A stretch of DNA of 64,000 nt from Camelus ferus (GCF_009834535.1 NC_045697.1:100318001-100382000); one strand, 5' to 3'. Positions 28,500 through 42,678 are shown, counted from the first letter of the stretch. Numbers and translations are program-made. Notes: generated by a model from the sequence alone, not told the origin.

Positions 28500-30115
28500 A
28501 TTCCTTTAAAAACCTTGTAACAGGCTATTACTTGTATAAATGACATCAATCACAAATTTACAGATTGAGGAATGTTCAGAGTTTGAACACGATCATAGGT
28601 AGAATATTTCCAGTACTCCAGAAACCCAACTTGTGACCTCCTCCAGCTACTACCTTCGCCCAAAGGTAACCACTGTCCTGACTTCTAACCCCATGAGTTT
28701 TGACTATTTTTTGCCTTATATATAGGGAATTACAATTGGTTTTTTGCATTGCTGTTTTTTTTTTTTATTACTGTTTTCTTTTGTTTAGCATTATTTTTGT
28801 GAGATCTTTCCATCCTGTTACATGAGGTTACAGTTTGTCCATTCTTGTTGTTGTATAATACTTTGTTATATGAATATGTAACAATTCACTTATCCATGCT
28901 TCTGTTAAGGGATACTTGGGTTGTTTCTAGTTCGGGGGCTACTGCAAATAGTGCTGTTATAAACATTCTTTCAAATGTACTTCAGTAGACACAGATATGT
29001 ATTGTATTCAGTACATAGTGCTATGTGATTTTCAAAGATGGTCCCAATCTATAAAATTTCCTGTTTACATCTTTTGTCTGTGATTCTTTTGGGTTGTTTG
29101 TGGTTTTCTCACTGAATAGTAGTTATTAATTGATTCTGTATATAAATATTTTGTCAATTACATAGGTGTCAAATTCCTTCCCCTAGTTTTTGGTTTGCTT
29201 TTTCACTTTGTTTATGGTGTCTTCATTCATGCTAAAGATTTAATTTTTTATTCAGTTACATGTATTGTTTGTTTTCTTTAATTTTCTGCTTTTTGTGATG
29301 TCTAAAAAATCACTTACACCTCAATATCATAAAGCCATTGTCCCATATTTTCTTACAATAGTTTCATATTTTTGCGTTGCATATTTAGGTCTTTAACTCA
29401 TCTGAAATTTATTTTTATGTATGCTGCTAAACAGGGATCTAATTTTATTTTCGGCCATATGGATAGCCAATAGTCTCCACCTAATTTATTGAATAATACA
29501 TCTCTTCTCACTGACGTTAACACAGATTATACCATTTACCAAGTCACCAAATATATGTGAGTCTGTAACCTAGGCTTTCTATTCAGTTACATTGGTTTGT
29601 TGATATCTGTTTGACCCAACACTGTTTTAATTACTGGAACCTATAGTAAAATATATTTTATTTTATAAAGGTATCTTTATAAAATATATCTTTATAAAAG
29701 ATACCTTTATATAAAGGTATCTTCTTCTGCTGGTGTTTCAAATAGTCTAGGCTATCATGGCTCTTTACTGATCCATATGAATGTTAGAATCAATTGATAA
29801 AATTCCATTTGAAAATCTCTCTCAGGATGTTATCTGAATTGCACTGAATTTAGAGAATATTTCAGTTCCTCATAGTTTTCATATCCAACACTGTTTATTA
29901 TAGTTTTGGTGTTTTGTACAGATAATATTTCAGATTTATCCTATATGTTAAATGAACTGATTATACACTGTTGCTTTTTGCATCCCCTTCTTCCTTCTGA
30001 ATTCTGTTTTTATCTTCCTGAAGCTCACTCTTTGGAATTCTTTCAAAGAGGGTCTGGGAACAGCAAAGATTCTTTGTCTTTGAATATTTCTTTATTTTGC
30101 CATCACTCTTTGAAG
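28500..30115 (-). mobile_element. Ancient L1M (L1ME-like) fragments
   Basis: GGTAACCACTGTCCTGACTTCTAAC and GGTTGTTTCTAGTT...GCTACTGCAAATAGTGCTG; T-rich strand bias. Confidence 0.75.
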
Positions 30116-30119
30116 TGAA

Positions 30120-31660
30120 TACTGGGAGGTACTACCCAGATTGCTCTTCAGAAGGGAAGGACTTATTCTCTGAGCTGCTGGGAGTGCAGCAAGCTGACAA
30201 AACCCAGCTGTCAGCCCTCTGAAAGAGCAGTCCCACCCACGCTTATACCTGCTTCCCTGTTAGCCCACACCCAGTGACTGATGTAACAAGTGTATAAAGG
30301 CTGAGCCTACTTGCCTCAACTCTGAAGGTTCATGCCAGATTCAATGTCAAGGCCTTCACTGAGACTAAATTCCCTCTGTCCAATCTAGCTACCATCTCCT
30401 CCTCAGCTGGTGTTCCCAAAGCATGTCCTAACAAACTCCCCATGCTCTTTTTTGACTCAGAGGATGCTACCAGAGAAGTCAACCTAAGATGGATGATATC
30501 AGGGCTGAGCCAAGAAAGCAGGAGCTAATATGGGATTTCTGACTTGAATCATTGGCCACTTGATGGTCAGTAAGGACCTCTTCACTGGTGATAGATGTAG
30601 GACAGATGGACCTTGGCACAAGGTAACAGTACAGTAGTTAAAACTTTCATCAGTAGTGAACTGGGATGTATTATAATGGAAGGTAACACACTAGTGGGTG
30701 CAATGTATCACATGTTTAAGAAATATGAGGGAAATATCTTAAGGACAAGGGAATTGGCTTTGTTAGGCAAAATTGGTTCTTTGGAAAAAGCAAAAAGGTG
30801 AGAATGGTTAAAGGCTATTAAAAAACTTGAGAGTAAAATTCAGAAGGCCCCTTTGGTAGCAAATAAACCGGCTTTTATCTCCTGCAGTGGGAGGGCACAA
30901 AGTGCAGAGGAACAGGCCCAGCACTTAATCATAAGTGTGGGAGAACTCCAAAGAAGATTAACAACCATTTAGCTCAGCCAGACTGGCTATGCCATGGTCA
31001 GAATGCTGGACTGGAAAGAAAGAAACCCTGATGCCATGGGCCGGGTTGTGACACCGGAAAATCTCAAGTCTCCAGATTCTCCTGAACCTTCTGAGTCTGA
31101 ACACGGTCCAGTTTTCCTGACCAATGGCTAGTGCTCCCCCACGCTTGAAATTTCACCATGCAGAGGTGTCCTCCTTTAGTCCACTCTGTGCTCCCTTCAG
31201 GATCTGTCCCCAGTTTCTCTTCTGGTCACTAGGTCAATAACTTGGTTTAAGTTACATTGTAACCTGGCATATATTGTAATGAAGAGCAAGAATAGAGTGG
31301 TAGGGAGAGAGAGGGGTCTGGTCCTCAGAAGAGTAGGGAGATGGATAACAGAATATGGTGCTACTGGGAGCAAAATGGATGAGTAGCATACAAAGATACT
31401 GCTCAGTCTGTACAATCAATAGAAATCAAGGGAGTGTCTGACCGGGAGCCTGAGAGCAATACTTCAGTTGAGTCACAATTCCTTGCCCAGTTTTTAAGAC
31501 TGAGACAGTTTTTAGACCTGGAAACCATCAACAGAGAAGAGGCCAGACTCTAGTAAGAAGATCCTGAAATATCATAAAAGATGTACATTTTAATAATTCC
31601 CCCAGCCCTTCCCCAGAGGGGTCTTTGCAATTTCCTTGGCTAACTATCTGCAGGGAAAAT
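30120..31660 (+). mobile_element. LTR16-like LTR (about 30120-30490) plus ERVL (ERV3-16A3-like) 5' internal remnant
   Basis: CAGCTGTCAGCCC, TATAAAGG and CAACCTAAGA LTR end; the internal sequence is homologous to the copy at about 50.3 kb. Confidence 0.7.
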
Positions 31661-31669
31661 GGAAACATC

Positions 31670-32020
31670 AAGACATTTCTCAGTAGAATGGCAGATATAG
31701 GAATTCACCTGCCTTCTATGAAGCTTTACATCAAAGAGATTTGCAAAACTATAAAACAGTACCATTCTTTTATGTTTTTGCTTGGGAAAATAGTCTTTTT
31801 TTTCATAGAAATATGTTATTTATACTAACATGTGATAGATTTATCAGTATAACTTCTAATAAATTAATAAACATTTAAAGTTTTATGTTTTAATTTTTAT
31901 ATGGTAAATATCAATTGAATATAACTCACATTAGAAAAGCTTATTAGGGTTCTCAATTTTTAAGAATTTTTAAGGGGTCCTGAGACCCAAAGTCTCAAGA
32001 AAGTTTAAGAACTGCTACAA
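31670..32020 (+). mobile_element. hAT-Charlie1 DNA transposon 3' end
   Basis: AAGAGATTTGCAAAACTATAAAACAG...GGGGTCCTGAGACC...AAAGTTTAAGAACTGCT. Confidence 0.75.
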
Positions 32021-32129
32021 TAGATGATATTACAAGCTAAACCATCTACCCAAGTTTCATCATGTGTAAAATCAGGAATTAATGCTACACAAGTAAAGTA
32101 AAACAAAATTATAGTTTAGCTGTTACTGA

Positions 32130-33100
32130 TATTATTCTGTGTTCTCTGTGAGATAGGAAGTAGTTATACAAAGTTGATGGAGGAGGTGGTTGAAGTTTGA
32201 GGAAAGGGGAGAAGATCTGATAATGCCCTCATGGAGATGGAGAATGATAAACTTGATTAGGAAAAGAGGAGGCTTGCTGGGTACTTTTGAGGGACTTGTG
32301 GAGGTTGGTGACTTTGGATTTAGAGTAGAATATTGATTGCATAATTTTTTTTCTCCTTGATAATACTCAGAAGTCAAGTGTAGGAGAGAAAAGACAACCT
32401 GATGAATTAACGGAATTGGGAATGTTCTAGATGCTTTGATCGGAACAAAAACATGGGAAATTGTGAATGAAGTGATAAACTATGTTTTATAAACTGGGGA
32501 AGACAAGAAGGGAAGAAAGCAAAGGGACAACTGATAGAAAAGGGAAGGATCGAGAGACTCGAAGTCTTCGTCAGGAACTGAGTGAGAGAGCTGGTGAGAT
32601 TGGATAGTTAGACGTTTGATGTTTGGATTTCCGTGGTGGAGTAGTTCTTTGATGATAAGGCCTGGGGTTTGGTCATGAGATTGGGTGCCCATAGTGGAGC
32701 AGAGGCGATGGCTACTGGAGAAGAAATCCAGGACCCAGGAAGATGGGTCTCCCATTTAGATGTTAATGTGACTGTGGGTGAGGGCAGAAGTTGGAAGTCA
32801 GGTTCCAGAGTTTTTCTATCAGTCAGGAGAGGATAGAGCATAGCAACAAGAAAGGATAAAAAGTGGCATGGCTACATACAAAGGAGGAATAATTATCTGA
32901 GTAGGGCACTGGGGAGCAAGAGGATAGACCCCAGCTCCTAACCAGGACATAAAGGGACTGTGGGAAAGTGAGCAACCTTCACCTTGAAGTTTAAAGCAAG
33001 CACACTCTGCAAGGGAGAGGATGTCAGGTTTCAGTGAAGCAGGCAGAGCACACACAAGAGGCCCAGAATGTGGAAGAATTGGTCACGGAAGAATGGAATT
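32130..33100 (-). mobile_element. L2 internal (ORF2) remnant
   Basis: Purine-rich plus strand with L2-like motifs (GAGGGACTTGTGGAGGTTGGTGAC). Confidence 0.6.
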
Positions 33101-33419
33101 CCATAAGGCATAGTGGAAACAGGAGACAACGGAGAGCAGTAGACAACTTCATTAGGTAACGAGAGGTACAACTGGGCCAGCAAACGTGAAAAGTGGGATG
33201 TGACGCACAACATACTAAGGCAGCAGAAAGCTTCCAGAAAAATTAGGCAAGAATTTCCAGTTTGAGTCCACTGATCCAGTACCAGGTCATGAGTTCATGT
33301 CCTTCTTCCTTTTAGATTTTTTCTCTCCCTTTAGATTTCTCCTTTTTTGAAGACATAAAATCCAGGAGGCTTCCCGACCCCTGTCCTCCTTGGGTTCCCC
33401 CAGTTTTCCTCTTCTTTTG

Positions 33420-33940
33420 GTGACGCCCTCGACCCAGGATTGGGAGCCCCGCTCCGCTCAGGAGAAAGAAGGACGGGGCGGGGCGAACAGAAGTGGGCGT
33501 GCCCTTCCGGTCGACGTGCTGCGTAAGGACGCTGCTGGCGTCAGAGGACATCCGGTCCAGTGCCTAGTACCTACAAGCTGTTCCATCCGCCTTCCTCCGG
33601 TCTTAGTAACGTTTTCGCCGGAGTCGTGGTCAAAGAATTGGGTGTGCTGCCGCCGCGCGCCGGCCTCACGCCCTTCCCTGCCCCTCGGCCCCCGGAGTGA
33701 GCCCGGCCTCCCCGCGAGGGTGAGCGAGGTCGGCCCGGAGCGCGCGCGAGGGAGGGTGCTCCGCGGGCGGGCGACGGCTGTGGGTTCCCCGAGCCGCGTG
33801 GCACCTCCGCCGAGTCTCCTCTGGACGCCCCCTTGACCCTGCTGGGTCCTCGGGCTGCAGGCTTTGCCTCGAGAGCCACACTGACCCCGTGCTTCTTCCC
33901 TTGTCCCGTGACGGGCCGTGTCCTGAAGTGGGAGCGTCCC
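33420..33940 (+). promoter_or_regulatory. ZNF330: CpG island / promoter of ZNF330
   Basis: Dense CpG and high GC. GC box GGGGCGGGGC at 33475-33484, reverse CCAAT (ATTGG) at 33439, ETS motif CTTCCGG at 33504-33510, CRE half-sites (TGACG 33421, GCGTCA 33538). Lies about 2 kb upstream of the first coding exon. Confidence 0.88.
33550..33641 (+). other. ZNF330: Probable non-coding first exon (5'UTR); boundaries uncertain
   Basis: The ATG exon has an upstream acceptor, so an earlier exon is required. Candidate donors in the island: GG|GTGTGC 33642, GA|GTGAGC 33697, GG|GTGAGC 33720. Confidence 0.45.
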
Positions 33941-35580
33941 TGGAGAGGGCTTAACCTATTTAGAGCTGAGGAAAAGAATTCACTCTTCAGTTTGCGAAAC
34001 AAGCTGGAGGGGGAAAAAATGGGGCTCAACTTTCACAGCGAGTTCACCCTTGGGGACGCAGGAAATTCATCCGATGATCACCCTGGGATTATTTTCTAGC
34101 TCCTTTGGCCAGGGCAGTACACATTTTTTTTCACCCAGTATGTTTTGTCATTTTAAATACTGGAAGGGTGACTAGCAGCGTTACTCCAGGTAACCACCTC
34201 CTAAACCTCTTGGCCTGGTTTGTCCATGATTTTAAGTCTCAACTAACCACCACTCGGTTTTTGTTTGAACATTCCAAAGTAAAAGTTGAAACGCAGAGAA
34301 TAGGAAAACTTTATGAGTTACCTTAGTATTGTTCCAGGTACAAGCTGGTATATGACTATTGCTGTACTGTAATAAGAAATCTAAATTTCGAGATGCGCTT
34401 TCTTGGAGCTCTCTCCATGTATCATGGACATGACTTTGGTTTCTTTGGTAAGATTTTTTTTTTTTTTTGTCTTCAGGGAGGTTGTGTCACCAGTGAAAGG
34501 TGAAGCCATACTTGGAGGTTTAGAATTTGTAGATCTTGGATACAGTCTTGAAGTCCAAATCTGTATTTTTAGGGATTTCCACAGTAGGTCTTTGAGAACC
34601 ACTTTTAGAAAATGCTTTTCAAAAAAATATGTACTTTGAAGAATATTAAGAAATTTGAGATTCTCTTTCAAAGCAAACACATGAACTCATTCCTGTGTGT
34701 CTCTTTATTTATTGAGTGCTTAATATATGCCAGGCAAGTCTGGGAGGCAAACATTGTCAACAAAGATAGAGCTGGAATCCTCAGGAAGCTTGTGGTCTTC
34801 AGATTAGATGAAAAGCCAAATAAAAATGTTATTTAGTGAAAAATCTTGTCTTTCTAAATGTGGTAGTTCTTTCAACTACCTGATGAAAGCCAGTTTTAAA
34901 GGTCTTATTTTTATGTGTGTGGTAAACACATACTCTTAAATTTAAACCCTGTTAAAATTACATGCTCGCTGCATGTAGAAGAAGGGCAGCTTTCAGAGAG
35001 TCTTAGTGACTCTAATGCCTTTAATATCTTTTCTGAGAAGATAGATTGGCTTTATAGTTAATGTCACTTGACTTAGGTGTTTTATTTAGGTATTATGTGG
35101 GAGAAATTAGACTTACTTTTCAACAAGTCTTGGCAGCATCAGGTCATATGAATATATAGCTAAAAAAAGTGATATAAACTGGATAAATAATGTACTTTTT
35201 AATGATTTCTTTCTAATGATGTATCTCTAATATTTTTCCCACTTGGTAAAATAATTTTTAAAGAATACTTAACGTCAGAGGAACTTTTTTTCTTCAGTGG
35301 GAAAGAAAACCATTTTGGCTGTTAGGATAAATCTGATGTTTACATTTTTTAGAATTGTTTAGGAGTACAAATAAGTGCTTTATTTAAAAAGCTATCTATG
35401 TTATTTGGGATGATGTGTATTTAATATCTCACAAAGGTTTAAAACACGCTTAACCATCAGCATGACAGGGTTGAGTTTAAAACTTAATGAGAATAAGAAC
35501 ATTTCATTTTACTATTCCTTAGTTTCTTTAAACTAGCAAATGTAACAAGACAGTTAAATCTTCACTGTTCTCTTGCGTAG

Positions 35581-35736
<156 letters not shown>

Positions 35737-36974
35737 TGATAATTGAAAAACCACAAATATACCTGTGTTAAATGCTTGTCCATTGTTGTCATTAACACTG
35801 AATAGTAGTGAATTATGTTTGATTTTGTTATTTATAAAACCTTTCGTATTACCTTGGCTACTGTTGGTGACAAGTAGATATGTATTGAACAAGAATACAT
35901 ATGGGGAACTGTGCAACATTCCAGCTACTCTAACCTAATATACCTTACTCAGTTTCTCCTATTAATTAGAGCTTTTTTGTCATATGTCATTACCTCTTCC
36001 CTTCCTTTGATCATGTTTGTCTGAGTTGTCCCATGTCTCCCTATTTCCACTCCCTCTCTGCTTGTTTTTGTCCTTGCTTCTGTTTCTTTTCCCTTTTTTT
36101 CATCGACCACATGTGAAATGCTTAGTGTGACTTCATTCCTCAACTGTTTCTTGTGTGTCTGCTCTGTGCCAGGTACTATTTTAGGCACTGTGGGGGATAC
36201 ACAGATAAATGACACAGTCTCTGTTTCCACAGGCTTACAGCTCAGTTATTTTCTGTATTACTTAGAGTTTAAAAATAATAGAAATCCAGCTTAAATAACT
36301 TTAGGGAGAAATAGGGTTTATTGAATAAATAATGGACTAACTTTATAGTTAGTTGGGAAGGGCAAAGATACAGCTGGGATGCAGGAACAGCTCGAACCTA
36401 GAACAGCTTGTAGTCCTTCCTGTCTTGCTTGTACTTAGTTCCATTTTCTCAGGTTGTTTTTTCCCTTTTGTTTGGGTTCATAGCCACTAGGTTCATAGCT
36501 TGCATGTCTCACATCACATACTTCTGCTGTCAGTCAGGGAAAGAGCTCTGATAGGTTGGGCTTGGATGGGTGCTCATCCCGGGATCAACTAATGTTCATG
36601 ACTGAGTTGAGGGGACGATGGGCAGCAAGATTATATAGCACAGGTAGGACCATGGGGACTCTTTTCTCTGTGTCAGGGTCATTTCTAGAGAAGAGAAAGA
36701 GGGCAGACAAAGAAATGACTCACTCATAAATCCATGCAGCGAGGGCTAGACTTTGGTGAGTGCTGCAGAAAAGGTACAATCAGGACTAAGGTACATGAGG
36801 ACTCAGGTGGTAAAGATGAGTGTGGGGATGGGGTACAGTTCACCGAGGAGGGGGTCACCGGAACTTCCCGGAGGTAAAGATGTGAGGAGGGACTTTTTGG
36901 GGAAAAGTGTTAGAATAAGTAAGGCAGGGGAAAGAGAATACAAGACATATTTCGAGAATAGCTGACAAATAGTG

Positions 36975-37331
36975 ACTTGAATCTAAAAAGGAATCTCAAA
37001 AACAAAAACAAAAAAACAAAGCATAAATACAAAACAGAAATAGACTCACAGACATAGAATACAAACTTGTGGTTGCCAAGGGGGCAGAGGGTGGGAAGGG
37101 ATAGACAGGATTTCAAAATTGTAGAATAGATAAACAAGATTATACTGTATAGCACAGGGAAATATACACAAGATCTTATGGTAGCTCACAGAGAAAAAAA
37201 TGTGACAATATATATATGTTCATATATAACTGAAAAATTGTGCTCTACACTGGAATTTGACACAACATTGTAAAATTATTATAAATCAATAAAAAAAGTT
37301 AAAAAAAAAGAAAGAAAAAAATTAAAAAAAA
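36975..37331 (+). mobile_element. Relatively young L1 3' end with poly(A), intronic
   Basis: AGACTCACAGACATAGAATACAAACTTGTGGTTGCCAAGGGG...CAATAAAAAAAG followed by an A-tail. Confidence 0.9.
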
Positions 37332-37763
37332 TGAAAAGAATAGGCCAGCAAGATTTGAGAAGAGGTTAGAGAACAGATTGTGGAGCACTTTTCATAGCAT
37401 GTTTAGAATTCTGGATTTTCTATGAGCTTCAGCATACTGTGTTCTCTACTATTTCTTGTGTCCATTCTGTATTATTTATCTGATTCCTTAAGGAAAAAAA
37501 AGAAAAACAAAAAAACCCACCACCACTGCATTTAGCTGTTTTGTGAAAATGCCACTTCTTCCTCTAGTGTGGCATACTCAAGAGCATGCCTTTGTTACTA
37601 ATGTTTGTGTAGATGCTTGTAGACATGGGTGGAGTTGGAGGGTTTGGGCAAGTGTCACTTAAATTTTAACATCAGAAGCAGGGTATTTTTTGTAATGTAA
37701 TGCTAGTAAATTTGCAACTTTCAGCCAGTAGAAAAATTCATGTTATGTTTTTATATTTTACAG

Positions 37764-37783
37764 GAATGTGACAAGTGTCAGAG
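37764..37783 (+). CDS. ZNF330: ZNF330 coding exon 2, 20-nt micro-exon (ECDKCQR)
   Basis: TTTTACAG|GAATGTGACAAGTGTCAGAG|GTATAT; continues the frame. Confidence 0.93.
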
Positions 37784-37862
37784 GTATATTTTTATTTATT
37801 TCTTTTTCTTTCTATATGTAATAATATAGACTGACCTTTTATCTGATATTGACTGTATTTAA

Positions 37863-38012
<150 letters not shown>

Positions 38013-40002
38013 TAATCAGTTTGAGTCCGTGGGTTTATCATTATCGTTTACAGTAATGTTATATGCCTTGCTACTAATAAAATGACATAAACTATCATCT
38101 GGCCTACCAAAAAATAATCAAGTCATGGTTTTGTCTCTTTGATATACTGGAAAATAATTAAGATACAGTTTAGATAAATAATACCACATGTTGTTTTAAA
38201 AATTAAAAGATTAGATTTTGGACTAATAACATTTGGTGATCCTGTATTTTTATTTATACTGTCTTAATCTCATTGATGTCCTTTGTTTCTGTATTTTGAT
38301 TCTTGCTAATATTGCCTGCAGTATGTTAGACCATTAAAAATGATTTTTTTCCACATTTACTTTGTGCCATTTTTTTATGGTCAGTTGTTTTCCTGTTTGG
38401 TTCTTAAGTTTATGATTCTTGAGTTTCCTCACATATATTCTCAAGTGAGTGGAATAGAATTCCTAAGCCATTTAACCTAGCTCCAAAGTATAAGTGGAAA
38501 CTTTTATTCAGAGTAAATGGTTAATCAGAGTAAAAATAAATGGTAGTTCATAGAACAGCAAGATCAATGTTCCCAAATAGTCTCCCACAGAACACTAGAT
38601 ACTAATAGGTATTTCCAAAAGCAGTGCATACGTGTGAAACATGCTGCATGTCTCGTTCCCTCATTCCTATCTGGGAGAGTTCTGTTACATGTCTGTATGT
38701 TAAAAGGTTCTGACAACCTCCAGTAAAGGAACCTGACTGTTTTATTCACTCCAGATTTGCCTCCCAAATGTTTATTTGAACAAGTATGCCTTTCAGTTAT
38801 GGGATAGTAGTTTCAGATGAAATACAGTTTGGGATATGCTCATTTAAGTGTGTTTATATATGTTAACATTGCAGAAAGTTAGGAAGGCTTAGGGCTATAC
38901 CCCTGAATATTTCTGGTGTGGTTCTAGCTGAGGTCTGTAGTTAATGAAAAAGAAATACTGGCCTAGATAGACCAGTCATCTGCTGGTTTTTATATCCTTA
39001 TTTACAAAAACAAAAACAAACAGACTAAACGAATATAGAGTGAGAAAATAGATTTTGGAGAAGACTGAGATAAGTTCTCGCTGGGACCTTCCCCTGTTTT
39101 TAGTGTTTGTAATGATACATATAGATGCATTTGCCACTCGCTGACTCTGGTACTTAGTGTTAGGCATAAAACATGCTGCCTCTCATTTCCAGTTTCTCTT
39201 TCTTCCCGTTTTCTGTTGTCTGGCTTTGTTTCTTAGGTAATCAGGTAATGGAATATTGAGCATCTTCCATTTCTTTCATGTTTCACTTTGTGGAATCTGA
39301 GATGGGTGATTAATATGTCACCATTAATCCTCCCATAGTTTGTGATAAGTGAATTTCCTGATACTGATTCGGGTTGGTAATTTGCTGCTAGATCAGAGCT
39401 TTTGTGGTTGTATTGTAATTTTTAGCTTTATCACTATATTCCTATTTTTTGTGCTCATTTGGGCACTATTTGACAATTCTTTTGGAAGAATGTTTACCTG
39501 GGGGCTGTGTTTGTAAGTTTTTACCTATGGGTAAACAAAAAATGAACCAGATAAGTTGCAGGATTATTATTTGATCTGGTTTGGTTTGAGATGTTCTATG
39601 GAAAGAAATAAACAATACCTTCAAACCAGACTGCCTTTATTGTGAATTATAAAATGTTAAATTCATTTTTAAAGCATAGTTTTTTAAAGTCTGTTTTAAT
39701 TCATCTGAAAAGTCACAAGATTTTAAACTGCTTTAGTGATCATTAGATTACAAAGCATAGCGTTCAATTTCTGATTTTAGTACAAATATGAATTAGCATA
39801 TAAATTCCTCATCTCAAAAGGTCTGACTCAGGTAATGAAATCTCAGGTATATTCATTATCTTTTTTAAATTATGTAAGCAGTAAACAATGCTGATCTATT
39901 TTTAAATTATTTCCATAGGAACCTGGGCTAGGTAAAAAGAGGAATTAGTACTTGTGTGTACTACTCTGCAAGGCTAACAGTGAACATTTGTTTCTTTGCT
40001 AG

Positions 40003-40083
40003 GGAAAACAAAGTGCATGATGAAGTCTTCAGACTGTGTCATAAAGCACAGCTGGTGTCTACAGCACTGGCCTTGCAATGGTG
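40003..40083 (+). CDS. ZNF330: ZNF330 coding exon 4 (GKTKCMMKSSDCVIKH[+1 nt]AGVYSTGLAMV); carries an apparent 1-bp insertion
   Basis: TAG acceptor, GTAAGC donor. The exon is 81 nt where 80 are needed to keep phase with its neighbours. Confidence 0.92.
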
Positions 40084-42441
40084 GTAAGCTTCATGTCACT
40101 GTCTTTTAGATTAGTAGGTCTCTAAGGATGAGGAAAAGTCTTTGACCAATGTGTAGTCATTTTTTTCTAAATAGCACTGCTTTGTTCCTTGGTTCAGTTA
40201 GTCTGGAGTTATCTGGATTATATATGGCATGTTTTTGTGTGCTTTCCCACATTATTATCTACCTGTTTTTTTTACTGCTTCCTTCTTTCTTATTGGGAAA
40301 TGTACAAGGAATGGAAATTCATTTCATGTTGATCTAAACAATTTGTTTGTCAGTGATACCTTTGTAATGTGTCTTAGACTTCACAAAACATTATTTACTA
40401 TACTGAAAGCCCTGCTTAACTAAGTTTCAGGCTTTTGGCTAAATAAGCAACCTACTTTCAAAAGAACCTAGGATTAATTGGTTTTGTAAAGCTTTACGTT
40501 TCAAAAAAGAATACAGAGTTAACACGGAAATAATGCTCTTCATTACACGTAGTTACATGTAGTTCATTACATGTAGAATTTTCAAAGGAAATTCATTGTT
40601 TGAAAAATAGAAACAGTTTCATTGTGTGATGCATTTTGCTTTCTTTTTCACTAAAAATAGTTTCCTTTTTGACCAGTTTTACTGTATTCTATTGTGTGAA
40701 TTTATGCTCGGGTCCAAATGTCCATGAGTAACGTAATATTTATAGTAGAATGTTTATAATAATTTCCCAAGAACATGTAGTTTTCCATCATAAGGCAGAC
40801 CTTTATATTTTTCTTATCTTACAGAAGCAAAAGCTAGAATGATTCATAATCATCTTGTGAATTCTTCTTTCTTTATCTTCTTTATAGGATTGTCGTTGTT
40901 ATTATCTTTATTCAAAAGCCATTATACTTTTCCTTGGTAGCTTCCTTATGTCTAGATTTATCAGATTACTTTTTTTTAATTCAATGGGTTGTATGAGTAT
41001 GAATGATTTCTTACATGAAGAATACAGTTAAGTAGAATCATGCATCATTCATTAGCTGTACATTCTAGAAAAGTGATTTTTCTGGCCATCTTCTATTTGC
41101 TGATTGAGATTCCTCTCCCTTCACTATCCACCATGTTTTCCCCTGGGAACCTAACCAGTGTGTGGGGACTGGATCAATTGCTTTCTTACTTAATGGCTTC
41201 TTTTAGGTTCAGCCCATAGAGGACTCTGGCAAGAGACCTGACGATGGGAGGAAATGATGATCTCTGTGTTAATCCTCCCAGCTTACTCCCTACCAGGTTG
41301 TCCCGGTTTGGACGTGGATTTGCCACCAGGTCCTCTCTGTATGACCAAGTAGTCCTCTCCATACGATTCTCTCTTGGGGTTCTGCACCTCCCTCCCTCCC
41401 CTACCTTGTCTCTTCAGGCCTAGGTGTGGTATCTCCCATCATCCCTTGATGTTTCTTCTAAGCCCTTCCCTGTACTTTGTAAATTATCTTTTTTTAAACT
41501 CTCCTGGATTAACCTCATTTAGTGTATCATCTCTTTATTGCTAGAACCCTAAATAATCCAGAAGATATATTTGAGGATTTACTATCTCACTGGTAATCTA
41601 TTTTTTTAAGCCCCAAGACATTCTTCCTGTTTGTCTTTTACCACTTTTGTTACAGAGCCTTGAATAGTAGAACACTGAATTGAGGTTCAGGAAACCTGGA
41701 TGTAAATCACAGCTTGGTGCTAACGTAGTTCTGGAACTTGGACTTAGTGTCAGGCCCCTATTTTTCCTCACCTGTAAAGGAAAGACTGTCCGGTCCCATC
41801 TCCTTAAGATTCTTTCTAGCTCTTAGTGTTCTGTAGATGTCATTGTGTTCCTGAAAGGTATAGCCTTAAAGTCTTACCTTGATTGAGAATTGGAGAATCT
41901 TAACCTGTCATTTAGTTCCATAAATATTTTACTTTAGTTTTTTCCACAAAGAAATGCAATAATGATTTAAACCATAAGTTGCCTTAAAAAAGGATGCTGG
42001 CAGAACTTTAATATTTTCTTTCCATTCTAGAAAAGCTATATGATTATTTTATAAATTACACAGATGAGAAGGAATTTTTTTAAGTCAGAATTTAGTATGT
42101 GAAAAAATTCAGTCTAGTTACCAGAATTGCTATAGTCAGGAATGCTTCAACTGTGGACTCCAGACTTTATTTGATTTAAAATTCAGTTTGAGGGCAATAC
42201 TGTCAGCTCTTTGATTTACTTTAATGATTAATATTAGGGTAAGTGTATAGTTTCCCCTCTGCTTTTTTTTTTTTGATTTATAGCTTAGATTTGTATAATG
42301 TAAATAGCTTTTGGTGAAGTAGTTTGATTTTCAGGGAATTCTTTAATTTTGGTTTTAGAATTTAGTTTTAGTACATTTTCTTTAATAAAGCCATTTACTA
42401 TCACTGAAGGTTGGTAAATGGCTAAATGTATATAATTCTGA

Positions 42442-42678
<237 letters not shown>

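Noticed and set aside
1..33300. Exons of the upstream neighbouring gene
   Set aside because: No coding exon was recognisable on either strand; non-coding exons cannot be excluded from sequence alone.
33312..34099. Overlapping Arg/Pro/Gly-rich ORFs
   Set aside because: An expected by-product of the stop-poor, GC-rich CpG island.
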